From IMG/VR virus record IMGVR_UViG_3300029305_000181, positions 3,097 to 67,096 of that record: 64,000 bases of DNA. One strand, written 5' to 3'. The stretch is from a virus. Its lineage: Duplodnaviria; Caudoviricetes. The stretch's first letter is position 1. Every line of letters begins with the position of its first letter. The position numbers and the translations under genes are program-made. Shown piece by piece: positions 28,308 through 35,893 of this stretch. The notes beneath the pieces are model-generated. The model was given only the letters and a program-made list of their open reading frames with translations. It ran no database searches and had not been told where the DNA came from.

Positions 28308-29104
28308 TGCCTAATATCTACGTTTCCAGTGGCGGTAACCCCCTTAATTTCAAAGTCGTAGGAGGTACTACCCAGCCGAGCAATCCAAAAGAAAATACAA
28401 TCTGGGTCAATACGGATGCGGAAATCACGGAATGGCATATAGGCAAATATCCAAATCCTAACTGGAATGAAGTAGACGGAAAGGTGTTTATTAACATAGA
28501 AACCACATCCGATGTAAGCAGTCCTGCTTTTAATGCGCTGAAGAAAAATGGACTCCGGGTAAGGCCGTATGGTATAACACAACGTATTAGTGGCGTTTGG
28601 GTAAGAAAGGCCGGAGCCATATATCAAAATGGTGCGTGGGCGGTATTCAAAACCGTGCTCTTTGACGGTTCTAATGGCGGCGATGTTACTGCCATAACTG
28701 GAGGTTGGGACGGTGCGTATCGCAGCTCCGGTAGTGGCAGTGTAACCAGCACGGCGCTTGTTTCCGATAGTGCTAAAAATTATTCCCGCTATAATTTCCA
28801 GACGAAAAATAAAATCGATATGACACCGTATAAAACGGCTATTGCGTATTTTACGAAAACAACTTCAAGCTATGGGTCTCTTATTACTCGATATATCGGT
28901 CTGAATACAACGAAATACACTGGCGATCAATCGACTGCTTTAAATGATGCCTCGTTCTTAAATATACGTAATGGAGCGAACGACGCGAAGAGTGGAAACT
29001 TCACGTTGCAACTTGATTTGTCGAATGTCTCCGGAGCGTATTATTTTAACGTCTATTTTGGCTCGATAGCAGAAACGTGCTATAAAATCGAGCTGCTGTG
29101 TTAA
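28307..29104 (+). CDS. Receptor-binding-like protein, paralogue 1
   Basis: LNFKVVGGTTQPSNPKENTIWVNT N-terminus; beta-rich C-terminus. Confidence 0.6.
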   Translation: MPNIYVSSGGNPLNFKVVGGTTQPSNPKENTIWVNTDAEITEWHIGKYPNPNWNEVDGKVFINIETTSDVSSPAFNALKKNGLRVRPYGITQRISGVWVRKAGAIYQNGAWAVFKTVLFDGSNGGDVTAITGGWDGAYRSSGSGSVTSTALVSDSAKNYSRYNFQTKNKIDMTPYKTAIAYFTKTTSSYGSLITRYIGLNTTKYTGDQSTALNDASFLNIRNGANDAKSGNFTLQLDLSNVSGAYYFNVYFGSIAETCYKIELLC

Positions 29105-29115
29105 GGGGTGGTTGT

Positions 29116-29910
29116 ATGATTGTTAATTTGAACAGTGACGGCGGTGCATGGCTCAATTTCAAAGTCGTAGGAGGTACAACTCAACCTAGTAATCCAAAAG
29201 AAAACACTATCTGGGTGAATACGAGTGCGGAAATTACGTCATGGCAGTTGGGAGATTACCCCAATCCAGGCTGGGAAGAACCTGAGGGGAAGGTACTTAT
29301 TAACGCAGAAGCCTCGGCCAACGCCAACAGCCCTACTTTTAATGCGCTGAAGAAAAATGGACTCCGGGTAAGGCCGTTGTCTTTCTATCAACGTATTAGT
29401 GGTGTTTGGGTAAGAAAGGCCGGAGCCATATATCAAAATGGTCAATGGAATAACTTATTTACATGGCTCTATCAGGACGGCACGAACTTCACAAATATAA
29501 CAGGTGGATGGAAAACCGCTGGCGTAAGCGCAAACGATAACTGGACAGCAAAGGTACCGTCCATAGCTTACAACCCTACAAACATGACACTAACGCTGTC
29601 CGAAAACGGTCACTTAGTTTCCGGTATAGTCTATACGGCCAATAAAATAGACCTGACCAACGTCAGCAAAATATATTTCAACGGCAGCAGCGGTGGAGTG
29701 GATGATTATATGCGAAGCCTTGCCGTGTTTAGTGCAGCAACTTACGAAGGCAGGGTTGCGGCAGTAGGCGGAATTGTCAATGGGTCGGCGCTTGATGTTT
29801 CCTCGCTATCAGGTAGTTATTACGTTGGGTTTTATCTTGGCGCCGGTGGTGCGTATAACGCTGGCGAGATTACTTGTACAATCACCTGCGAACGACTTTA
29901 TATGCTGTGA
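29116..29910 (+). CDS. Receptor-binding-like protein, paralogue 2
   Basis: Same N-terminal region as 28307-29104; divergent C-terminus. Confidence 0.6.
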   Translation: MIVNLNSDGGAWLNFKVVGGTTQPSNPKENTIWVNTSAEITSWQLGDYPNPGWEEPEGKVLINAEASANANSPTFNALKKNGLRVRPLSFYQRISGVWVRKAGAIYQNGQWNNLFTWLYQDGTNFTNITGGWKTAGVSANDNWTAKVPSIAYNPTNMTLTLSENGHLVSGIVYTANKIDLTNVSKIYFNGSSGGVDDYMRSLAVFSAATYEGRVAAVGGIVNGSALDVSSLSGSYYVGFYLGAGGAYNAGEITCTITCERLYML

Positions 29911-29918
29911 GGTGGAAT

Positions 29919-30209
29919 ATGAAAACAATCTATATTGATTCGGATTTTAAATGCCACGTTTCGAATGATGATACAATGCGAGCCGTGGAGACAGATTTTT
30001 TTGACGGCAAATGCGAAGCGTACATCGAGGGTTACCGCTTTGTCCCGGAAGGTGAGAGTTGGACGAGAGATGACGGAGAAGTATTCACCGGCGAAATGAT
30101 TTCTCCGTGGGTTGACTGGCACGAATTGGATTCTGCTCAGCGAGTGTATGAGAAAACTATTCTCTCTGAATACGAAGAAGCGCTTAAGACGGTGGGGGTG
30201 GAAGTATGA
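29919..30209 (+). CDS. Small tail-associated hypothetical protein
   Basis: SD GAGGTGG; MKTIYIDSDFKCH start. Confidence 0.6.
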   Translation: MKTIYIDSDFKCHVSNDDTMRAVETDFFDGKCEAYIEGYRFVPEGESWTRDDGEVFTGEMISPWVDWHELDSAQRVYEKTILSEYEEALKTVGVEV

Positions 30210-30631
30210 CAGTATTAGAACAGGCAATTCTCATTAGAGAAGCTATGGACTTAGCTGGTGCCACTCTCACTGACGAGCAGGCGCTTGTATGCGTACACTT
30301 ATACAAGAAGTGGGAGATCGGCAAGAACTACAAGGTCGACGACTTCCTTGTATATGGTCAAAATGGAGTTGGCGATCCGCAGCTTTATAAGGTCGTACAG
30401 GCTCATACGAGTCAGGCCGAGTGGACTCCGGATCTCACTCCTGCGTTATATGTAGCGGTCGGTCTGGATAATGACGGTTATCCCATTTGGGCTCAGCCTA
30501 CCGGCGCTCATGACGCTTATAACACTGGCGATATCGTCAATTACAATGGTACTCTGTACATATCGAAAATAGACGGTAACGTATACTCCCCTGACGGGTA
30601 TCCTGCTGGATGGGAGGTATACAATGAGTGA
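30206..30631 (+). CDS. CBM5/12-like carbohydrate-binding protein
   Basis: YKVDDFLVY...LYKVVQAHTSQAEWTP and WAQPTGAHDAYNTGDIVNYNGTLYIS...GWE modules. Confidence 0.65.
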   Translation: MTVLEQAILIREAMDLAGATLTDEQALVCVHLYKKWEIGKNYKVDDFLVYGQNGVGDPQLYKVVQAHTSQAEWTPDLTPALYVAVGLDNDGYPIWAQPTGAHDAYNTGDIVNYNGTLYISKIDGNVYSPDGYPAGWEVYNE

Positions 30632-30866
30632 TGTAGTTATGGTCGGTCTGATGTCCTTAGCCGGGACGCTGATCGGTTCTCTGTTCGGCATCTTAGCAGC
30701 TAACAAGCTTACTAACTATCGTATTGAGCAGCTCGAGAAGAAAGTTGAGAAACACAACAACGTTATCGAGCGAGTTTATATGTTAGAAAAAGATGAAGCT
30801 GTTATGAAGGAAGAAATCACTACTAATAAGGAGAACATTCAGCATCTCCAGCAGTACCATACTTAA
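30624..30866 (+). CDS. Small N-terminal-TM coiled-coil protein (holin/hemolysin-like)
   Basis: VVMVGLMSLAGTLIGSLFGILA then YRIEQLEKKVEKHN. Confidence 0.55.
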   Translation: MSDVVMVGLMSLAGTLIGSLFGILAANKLTNYRIEQLEKKVEKHNNVIERVYMLEKDEAVMKEEITTNKENIQHLQQYHT

Positions 30867-30870
30867 ACAA

Positions 30871-30910
30871 AAAGAGGGGCTAGCGACTGCTACAACCCCT
30901 CTTCTTTTTG
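30871..30910. terminator. Intrinsic terminator at the end of the late operon
   Basis: AAAAGAGGGG...CCCCTCTTCTTTTT. Confidence 0.7.
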
Positions 30911-30912
30911 CT

Positions 30913-30942
30913 TTCGCGAATTATACAAGTCCTCTTATGGAA
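30913..30942 (+). promoter_or_regulatory. Phage motif copy 1 (TTCGCG-N6-ACAA-N6-TWATG)
   Basis: TTCGCG AATTAT ACAA GTCCTC TTATG. Confidence 0.7.
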
Positions 30943-30973
30943 GGAAGACATATCAAATAAAGGAGTGTTTATC

Positions 30974-31141
30974 ATGTTTGAAATGAAATTTAAAATCGTG
31001 CAAATCCTTGAGAACGGTGGTGTCATTACACACTACCTCAAAGGTAAACCAAGAGATGTAAAATTAGACATTTTGGACTTCAAGAAAGCTTCTAAGAAAT
31101 TTGAGATGTTCGGTAAAGAAGGAATGATTGTGTGGATGTAA
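30974..31141 (+). CDS. Small hypothetical protein (55 aa) behind motif copy 1
   Basis: SD AAGGAG; MFEMKFKIVQ start. Confidence 0.55.
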   Translation: MFEMKFKIVQILENGGVITHYLKGKPRDVKLDILDFKKASKKFEMFGKEGMIVWM

Positions 31142-31240
31142 TGTCCGCACGGTCTCTTCTTTTTTTTCTCCACAAACATTGATATAACGCTTTCGGTATC
31201 ATATAGGTCCCTATGAATGAGGGTCTAAAAGACCCCTAAA

Positions 31241-32878
31241 TTATTTATATTTAAGCTTCATTTTTAACTTATAAGGAGGAGTATGCCATTGCATTCCTTT
31301 GGACGTATCCACTTTATATTCTTTGGCGTTGGCTTTTGTAATTCTAATTGTCTCGCCTCGTTCGTATTCAATCCTATCAATTATATTTTTGAGGAACTGA
31401 TTCTTCACTTTAGCGTCTACATTTGGGTCTTCTAATGCTGTGATCGCATCTTCGAACTTTTTCTTTTCTTCCCTATAGTCGATAGGCTTTGGCATCGAAC
31501 CTTTAGCTTTAGCTAAGGATTTCTTTATTTCTTCTTTTTCAAGTAATAATTTCTCGTTTAATCGTTTAAATACTTCTTGCGGCAAACGCATATTTGGATC
31601 GGGGTCATATTGGGCTTCCCATTGAAGGACTTCCTTTTCTTCAAGTTCTTTTAATTTTTTCTCAAGTCTCGCTACTAGATCTTTATGGAGTTTAAAAGAA
31701 TCGTCCTTGTTATTCTCAATACGTATTACAAAATCTTGTATACAGTCCTTTATAGCTGAGCATACGTCCGTAAATATTTCATCGAACACTACTGAACCAG
31801 TCTTGCAATGAATCTGATTATTGCATACTAGTTTGGGAGGTGCATATTCGATTCCGTTTTTCCTATAGGTATTGTAACCCATTTTAGCACCGCATTTACA
31901 ATACATTATACCGCTGAATGGATTCTTTAATGTTAGGTCACGCTTAGTGCGGTGACGTTTGCCTTTTATTTCTCTAGCTTTATAGAAAAGTTCTTCTGAT
32001 ATGATGCCGTCGTGCTTACCTTCAAACACAAGATACTCATCAACCTTTGCTTTTGGCCGTAGTTTCCTAATTTCCTGGTCTTCTATTATCTTGATTGTCT
32101 TTCTCCAGTTCCAACGTACGCAGCCTATATAATGGACATTTTCAAGCATCGAGAATATTTGATACGTACGCCAGTATTTACCACCGGTCTTAGTTTTGAC
32201 TCCTAACTCTTCTAACCGTCGGCATATCGCTGTTACTCCAATGTCCTCATTACAATACCAGTTAAACACCATTCTTACCACATCTGCCTGATCTTTTCTT
32301 TCGATTAATGTGTGATAAGATTTCTTTCCATCCGTTTTCTCTATACGATCAAAACCGTATGGCGCAACTGATCCGACATAATTGCCTTCTTTAACGCTTG
32401 CCAATTTTCCGCGAGCTTGGATCTTCTTGAAGTACTCTAGATATTCGTTGCCGCGTTTTAGCTCTCGTTCGAAAGCATCTCTATCATATTCATCTCGTAA
32501 ATCATATATTTTCATAGGCGTTATTACATACGTATTAGTGTAGCGAAGTATCCTAATTAATCTACCGGCATCTTCAAGATCGCCACGGCTTAAACGTTGA
32601 ACTTCTACTACCGCTACTGCTTTTATAGCAGGATTTTCTATAGTTTTTAATAAACGTAGTATCTCCGGACGACTATCTAATGACTCGGCACTTCCTACTT
32701 CCCTATATTTATTCTCTTCCGGTATAGGACCACCCAAATGTTTCTCTGCATATTCTTCTATTATTTTGTCATGCTTGTCTAACACCTCTTCGACTGATAA
32801 AAGTGGGTCGTCAGTCCTTGATTTCCTTCCGTAGTCTAGTACTTCATAGTTGTAAAATCTTGGATATTCTTTATACAT
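31241..32878 (-). CDS. Large serine recombinase (integrase)
   Basis: YGRKSR catalytic motif, EVQRLSRGDL, GSVAPYGF, recombinase domain, CKCG...C...C zinc ribbon, coiled coil. Confidence 0.92.
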   Translation of the reverse strand: MYKEYPRFYNYEVLDYGRKSRTDDPLLSVEEVLDKHDKIIEEYAEKHLGGPIPEENKYREVGSAESLDSRPEILRLLKTIENPAIKAVAVVEVQRLSRGDLEDAGRLIRILRYTNTYVITPMKIYDLRDEYDRDAFERELKRGNEYLEYFKKIQARGKLASVKEGNYVGSVAPYGFDRIEKTDGKKSYHTLIERKDQADVVRMVFNWYCNEDIGVTAICRRLEELGVKTKTGGKYWRTYQIFSMLENVHYIGCVRWNWRKTIKIIEDQEIRKLRPKAKVDEYLVFEGKHDGIISEELFYKAREIKGKRHRTKRDLTLKNPFSGIMYCKCGAKMGYNTYRKNGIEYAPPKLVCNNQIHCKTGSVVFDEIFTDVCSAIKDCIQDFVIRIENNKDDSFKLHKDLVARLEKKLKELEEKEVLQWEAQYDPDPNMRLPQEVFKRLNEKLLLEKEEIKKSLAKAKGSMPKPIDYREEKKKFEDAITALEDPNVDAKVKNQFLKNIIDRIEYERGETIRITKANAKEYKVDTSKGMQWHTPPYKLKMKLKYK

Positions 32879-32949
32879 TGGTTAATTTCCTCCTCCTTTT
32901 GTCTTACTTTACAGAAAAGTATCCGATATTGCAAATGATTTGATAATTT

Positions 32950-33009
32950 AATCTAGATTTAAAATTCCGTGATATACCGTACGCAGGTGACAATGAACGT
33001 TGTTATATT
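32950..33009 (+). promoter_or_regulatory. Second regulatory unit, copy 1: palindrome AATCTAGATT + TACGCAGGTGAC-N9-TGTTATATT
   Basis: Same architecture repeated at 34390-34440; extended -10-like TGnTATATT. Confidence 0.55.
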
Positions 33010-33054
33010 ACAATAGTAATCGGCACCTGCCCCGGTGCTTATAGAGAGGTGAGT

Positions 33055-33222
33055 ATGGAGAAAGTATATAACTGCAAGAATGGAACAATTTACGTAACAA
33101 TACCGGAGACTTGTGATCGAGAAAAACTTCGAAAGGTGACCGAGGATTTTCTCAAGAAAGTTATTTATGGGGGAATAGAAAATGGCAACAGTAATACGCG
33201 CAAAAATTTCAGAGAAAAATAA
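33055..33222 (+). CDS. Small hypothetical protein (55 aa)
   Basis: SD GAGGTG; overlaps the next gene; below the ORF-track length cutoff. Confidence 0.5.
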   Translation: MEKVYNCKNGTIYVTIPETCDREKLRKVTEDFLKKVIYGGIENGNSNTRKNFREK

Positions 33223-33601
33223 ATACTATATCGATAAACATCGTTACTACGAACTAAAACATTTTTGTTTGCAGTATGGCGAATGGAAAAAAGCATATGC
33301 GAATTGTAACGAGTCTATTATATTTGCATCTAAGTTTGAGAAAGAATCTACAAGTAACGTTCCATCCGATATTACTGCAAAGTATGCGATTAAAAGAGCG
33401 TATTACGCAGGTCGAATTAAGATAGTGGAAAAAGCCGCTATGGAAGCCGATGAGTTCCTCTACCCTTATATTTTAAAGGGTGTAACTGAGGGTTTATCGT
33501 TTACTTACTTAAAATCTAGATTAGAAATTCCATGTAGTAGGGATACTTACTACGATAGATATAGAAAATTCTTCTGGCTACTCAGCGAGGCCAGAGGTTA
33601 A
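33182..33601 (+). CDS. Putative transcriptional regulator (ArpU/RinA-like, C-terminal HTH)
   Basis: ILKGVTEGLSFTYLKSRLEIPCSRDTYYDRYRKFF resembles the sigma4-like HTH of late activators. Confidence 0.55.
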   Translation: MATVIRAKISEKNKYYIDKHRYYELKHFCLQYGEWKKAYANCNESIIFASKFEKESTSNVPSDITAKYAIKRAYYAGRIKIVEKAAMEADEFLYPYILKGVTEGLSFTYLKSRLEIPCSRDTYYDRYRKFFWLLSEARG

Positions 33602-33610
33602 ATTATATTT

Positions 33611-33640
33611 GAGAGGGTCTTTATGGCTCTCTTTTTTTTT
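33611..33640 (+). terminator. Intrinsic terminator
   Basis: GAGAG...CTCTC followed by T9. Confidence 0.7.
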
Positions 33641-33668
33641 CGCGTTAAATACAGTTCCTCTTATGAGA
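33639..33668 (+). promoter_or_regulatory. Phage motif copy 2
   Basis: TTCGCG TTAAAT ACAG TTCCTC TTATG. Confidence 0.7.
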
Positions 33669-33690
33669 AAGTACTTAAAGGAGGAAGGAC

Positions 33691-33912
33691 ATGATGGAAG
33701 ACATGAAACTACAACCTGGGCGCTTTATGAAGAGTATTATTACTAAAATCATCAAAACGATGGTACGTAAAAAACTTGGATATGAACTTGATATTCAGGT
33801 TAATGCTATCAACGTTGTGACAGAAGAAGGTAAAGTACGACTTCATCTTGATGCCGAGGTTGAAACTACCACAGAAGAATTTGTCAATATTATTAGTACT
33901 TACATGGATTGA
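33691..33912 (+). CDS. Hypothetical protein (73 aa)
   Basis: SD AGGAGG behind motif copy 2. Confidence 0.7.
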   Translation: MMEDMKLQPGRFMKSIITKIIKTMVRKKLGYELDIQVNAINVVTEEGKVRLHLDAEVETTTEEFVNIISTYMD

Positions 33913-33940
33913 GCCTAAAGAAACTTAGGCTCTTTCTTTT
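33911..33940 (+). terminator. Terminator, repeated family
   Basis: GAGCCTAA-AGAAAC-TTAGGCTC-TTTCTTTT. Confidence 0.8.
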
Positions 33941-33969
33941 TCGCGAAATTTACAAATAGTATTATGAGA
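33940..33969 (+). promoter_or_regulatory. Phage motif copy 3
   Basis: TTCGCG AAATTT ACAA ATAGTA TTATG. Confidence 0.75.
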
Positions 33970-34002
33970 ATAAAACTTATATTTTGAAAGGAGATTTTAG
34001 AA

Positions 34003-34128
34003 ATGAAGGAACAGGCATTTGAGGGTAATAAGAGCATGGAACCTAAGGAGGAAAGAAAGGTTATCATGCCGGACGGCCAGATCGTGTCTTATGAGGAATT
34101 TCTGGAATGGCAAAAGAACGGTAGGTGA
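34003..34128 (+). CDS. 41-aa micropeptide
   Basis: MKEQAFEGNKSMEPKEERKVIMPDGQIVSYEEFLEWQKNGR; SD GAAAGGAG; paralogue at 34231. Confidence 0.7.
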   Translation: MKEQAFEGNKSMEPKEERKVIMPDGQIVSYEEFLEWQKNGR

Positions 34129-34141
34129 TTCTCAAAAGATT

Positions 34142-34172
34142 GAGTCTAAGAAAACTTAGACTCTTTCTTTTT
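34142..34172 (+). terminator. Terminator, repeated family
   Basis: GAGTCTAAG-AAAA-CTTAGACTC-TTTCTTTTT. Confidence 0.8.
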
Positions 34173-34200
34173 CGCGAAATTTACAAATAGTATTATGAGA
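34171..34200 (+). promoter_or_regulatory. Phage motif copy 4 (identical core to copy 3)
   Basis: TTCGCG AAATTT ACAA ATAGTA TTATG. Confidence 0.75.
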
Positions 34201-34230
34201 GAAATACATATTTTTAAGGAGGTTACTCTT

Positions 34231-34317
34231 ATGAACGAAAACACTAAGGTTGTGACGGCTGATGGTCGTGTAATCACGTGGGCTGAATTCATCGAGGAAC
34301 AGAAGGCAGATAAGTAA
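34231..34317 (+). CDS. 28-aa micropeptide
   Basis: MNENTKVVTADGRVITWAEFIEEQKADK; SD AAGGAGG. Confidence 0.7.
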   Translation: MNENTKVVTADGRVITWAEFIEEQKADK

Positions 34318-34330
34318 ATCTCAAAAGATT

Positions 34331-34360
34331 GAGTCTAAGAAAACTTGGACTCTTTCTTTT
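34331..34360 (+). terminator. Terminator, repeated family
   Basis: GAGTCTAAG-AAAA-CTTGGACTC-TTTCTTTT. Confidence 0.8.
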
Positions 34361-34389
34361 ATTTTTAATCTAGGTTAGAACTATTCTCT

Positions 34390-34440
34390 AATCTAGATTT
34401 ATATTTTCCATACGTAGGTTACCGGAAACGGTGCTAAATT
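34390..34440 (+). promoter_or_regulatory. Second regulatory unit, copy 2: AATCTAGATT + TACGTAGGTTAC-N9-TGCTAAATT
   Basis: Matches 32950-33009; extra TAATCTAG half-site at 34366. Confidence 0.55.
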
Positions 34441-34501
34441 AATAAAGTGAAAAATTCCCCGGTTGGAAATTTTGAAAAAACATTTTAGAAAGGAGTCTAA
34501 T

Positions 34502-34714
34502 ATGGAGTGGCTTATTTGGGTATGCGGGGTTTTCGTAGGGGTGTTTATTTCTATATTTTTGTCTAGAAAACTCAAACATGGGACCTTAAAAATCGATCAC
34601 TCAAATCCGGAAAAAGACGTATATCGTTTCGAGATTGATGATATCGATAAACTTAATAGTAAACGATATATTACGTTGAGAATCGACCACAACGCTGATC
34701 TTTCGCAAAATTAA
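34502..34714 (+). CDS. Small protein with N-terminal TM helix
   Basis: SD AAGGAG; MEWLIWVCGVFVGVFISIFL. Confidence 0.65.
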   Translation: MEWLIWVCGVFVGVFISIFLSRKLKHGTLKIDHSNPEKDVYRFEIDDIDKLNSKRYITLRIDHNADLSQN

Positions 34715-34731
34715 CAACCACTATTATGGAA
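34702..34731 (+). promoter_or_regulatory. Phage motif copy 5
   Basis: TTCGCA AAATTA ACAA CCACTA TTATG. Confidence 0.7.
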
Positions 34732-34759
34732 ACGTAATTAACGAAAGGAGAAATGCGAA

Positions 34760-35113
34760 ATGGAAATCGAATCTGTGCTGTTGAAGAGAATAGGTGACAA
34801 TCTCGAAAAACTCAACGGACTAGAAATGGATAGCGAAGAATACAAGGCTACCGTAAACGAATTAAACTGTTTCATAGACCGGGCAATCGAAATGGAAAAG
34901 ATTCACGTCGAATCTGAGAAAAATCAGAATGAGATGGCTGAAGAAAAGAAAAATCGATTGATCCAGAATGTGTTTACAGGCATTAATGTCGTAGGCGGTG
35001 TGCTGATTGTGATCTGGGGCACCAATAAGACGTTGAAGTTTGAAGAAACTGACATCGTTGCTACAACAGCAGGTAAGAAATTCGTTAACCGAATTTTTTC
35101 GTTCTTGCGTTAA
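34760..35113 (+). CDS. Coiled-coil protein with a single TM segment
   Basis: SD GAAAGGAG; INVVGGVLIVIWG hydrophobic segment. Confidence 0.7.
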   Translation: MEIESVLLKRIGDNLEKLNGLEMDSEEYKATVNELNCFIDRAIEMEKIHVESEKNQNEMAEEKKNRLIQNVFTGINVVGGVLIVIWGTNKTLKFEETDIVATTAGKKFVNRIFSFLR

Positions 35114-35120
35114 GCAAAGC

Positions 35121-35155
35121 GAGAGGTTATGAAAAACATAGCCTCTTCGTTTTTC
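35121..35155 (+). terminator. Intrinsic terminator
   Basis: AGAGGTTATG-AAAAA-CATAGCCTCT followed by T-tract. Confidence 0.7.
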
Positions 35156-35170
35156 CCGAGGAGATGATTT

Positions 35171-35530
35171 ATGCGTTACCATCATGAAAAACCTGCTATA
35201 TATTTATCCCTTTACGGAGATATATACGAGTGTGATCATCCAGCGTATAGAAAATGCACCTTATTCAAAATAGGTAATAAAGGACTGGCAGTTATACAAC
35301 AACGCTACGACGAACGTACGAAAACAACCTGGTGGACCGAAATAGATCCCTGGTTGACGGATGTTATATATTTACATAGCGAATTTATGAAGTTTTTCGA
35401 AGAGCGTGCAGGTCTGGCTACGGACGGTTTATATCCTACCGCTACTGTACGCCAAATAATGTGGGCTTTGAAGATGAAACCTCTTAAAAAAGAACGGTGG
35501 GAAACAACTTTCGATCGGCGAGCTATTTGA
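35171..35530 (+). CDS. Conserved phage hypothetical protein (119 aa)
   Basis: SD GAGGAG; full ORF. Confidence 0.7.
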   Translation: MRYHHEKPAIYLSLYGDIYECDHPAYRKCTLFKIGNKGLAVIQQRYDERTKTTWWTEIDPWLTDVIYLHSEFMKFFEERAGLATDGLYPTATVRQIMWALKMKPLKKERWETTFDRRAI

Positions 35531-35560
35531 TTCGCGAAAATTGCAATCGCCTTTATGAGA
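35531..35560 (+). promoter_or_regulatory. Phage motif copy 6
   Basis: TTCGCG AAAATT GCAA TCGCCT TTATG. Confidence 0.7.
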
Positions 35561-35584
35561 AACTATATTTGGAGGTTTTAACAT

Positions 35585-35716
35585 ATGAAGAACAAAATCA
35601 AGAATTTCTTGGCGATTATCGGATCGATTACGGTAATTAGCGCTTTGATCGTTTTTGGATTTCGGAAGAAAGTAATTGATATTTATGATCTTCAGGGTGT
35701 GATTTCCGAAGAATGA
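35585..35716 (+). CDS. 43-aa membrane peptide
   Basis: SD GGAGG; MKNKIKNFLAIIGSITVISALIVFGFRKK. Confidence 0.6.
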   Translation: MKNKIKNFLAIIGSITVISALIVFGFRKKVIDIYDLQGVISEE

Positions 35717-35723
35717 ATTCACA

Positions 35724-35756
35724 GAAAGGAACTCTTACAAAGGGTTCTTTTCTTTC
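35724..35756 (+). terminator. Intrinsic terminator
   Basis: GAAAGGAACTCT...AGGGTTCTTTTC followed by TTT. Confidence 0.7.
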
Positions 35757-35759
35757 AGT

Positions 35760-35789
35760 TTCGCGAAATTTACAAGCGGTATTATGAGA
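35760..35789 (+). promoter_or_regulatory. Phage motif copy 7, directly upstream of a tRNA-like RNA
   Basis: TTCGCG AAATTT ACAA GCGGTA TTATG. Confidence 0.75.
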
Positions 35790-35792
35790 GAG

Positions 35793-35865
35793 GAACAGTT
35801 AGCTCAATTGGTAGAGCAAAAGGAATAAAACCTTTAGGTTATTGGTTCGAATCCAATACTGTTTC
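35793..35865 (+). ncRNA. tRNA-like RNA with a non-canonical anticodon loop (AATAAAA), no CCA
   Basis: Acceptor GAACAGT/ACTGTTT, D arm GCTC-AATTGGTA-GAGC, AC stem AAAGG/CCTTT, T arm ATTGG-TTCGAAT-CCAAT. Confidence 0.75.
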
Positions 35866-35893
35866 TTTTAGCTTTTAAAAAATCCGAAAGGCG

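Noticed and set aside
28307-30209. Diversity-generating retroelement acting on the tandem receptor-binding genes
   Set aside because: The C-termini look like variable binding domains, but I found no reverse transcriptase and no template repeat differing only at adenines in the window. Action in trans cannot be excluded.
30908-30973. N-terminal extension of the ORF ending at 31141, as given in the track
   Set aside because: The extension runs through the terminator tail and promoter motif; the SD supports ATG 30974.
33911-34360. CRISPR mini-array (three similar palindromic repeats about 190-230 bp apart)
   Set aside because: Repeats are hairpin + T-tract terminators, the intervals are long and contain SD-led ORFs, and no cas genes are present.
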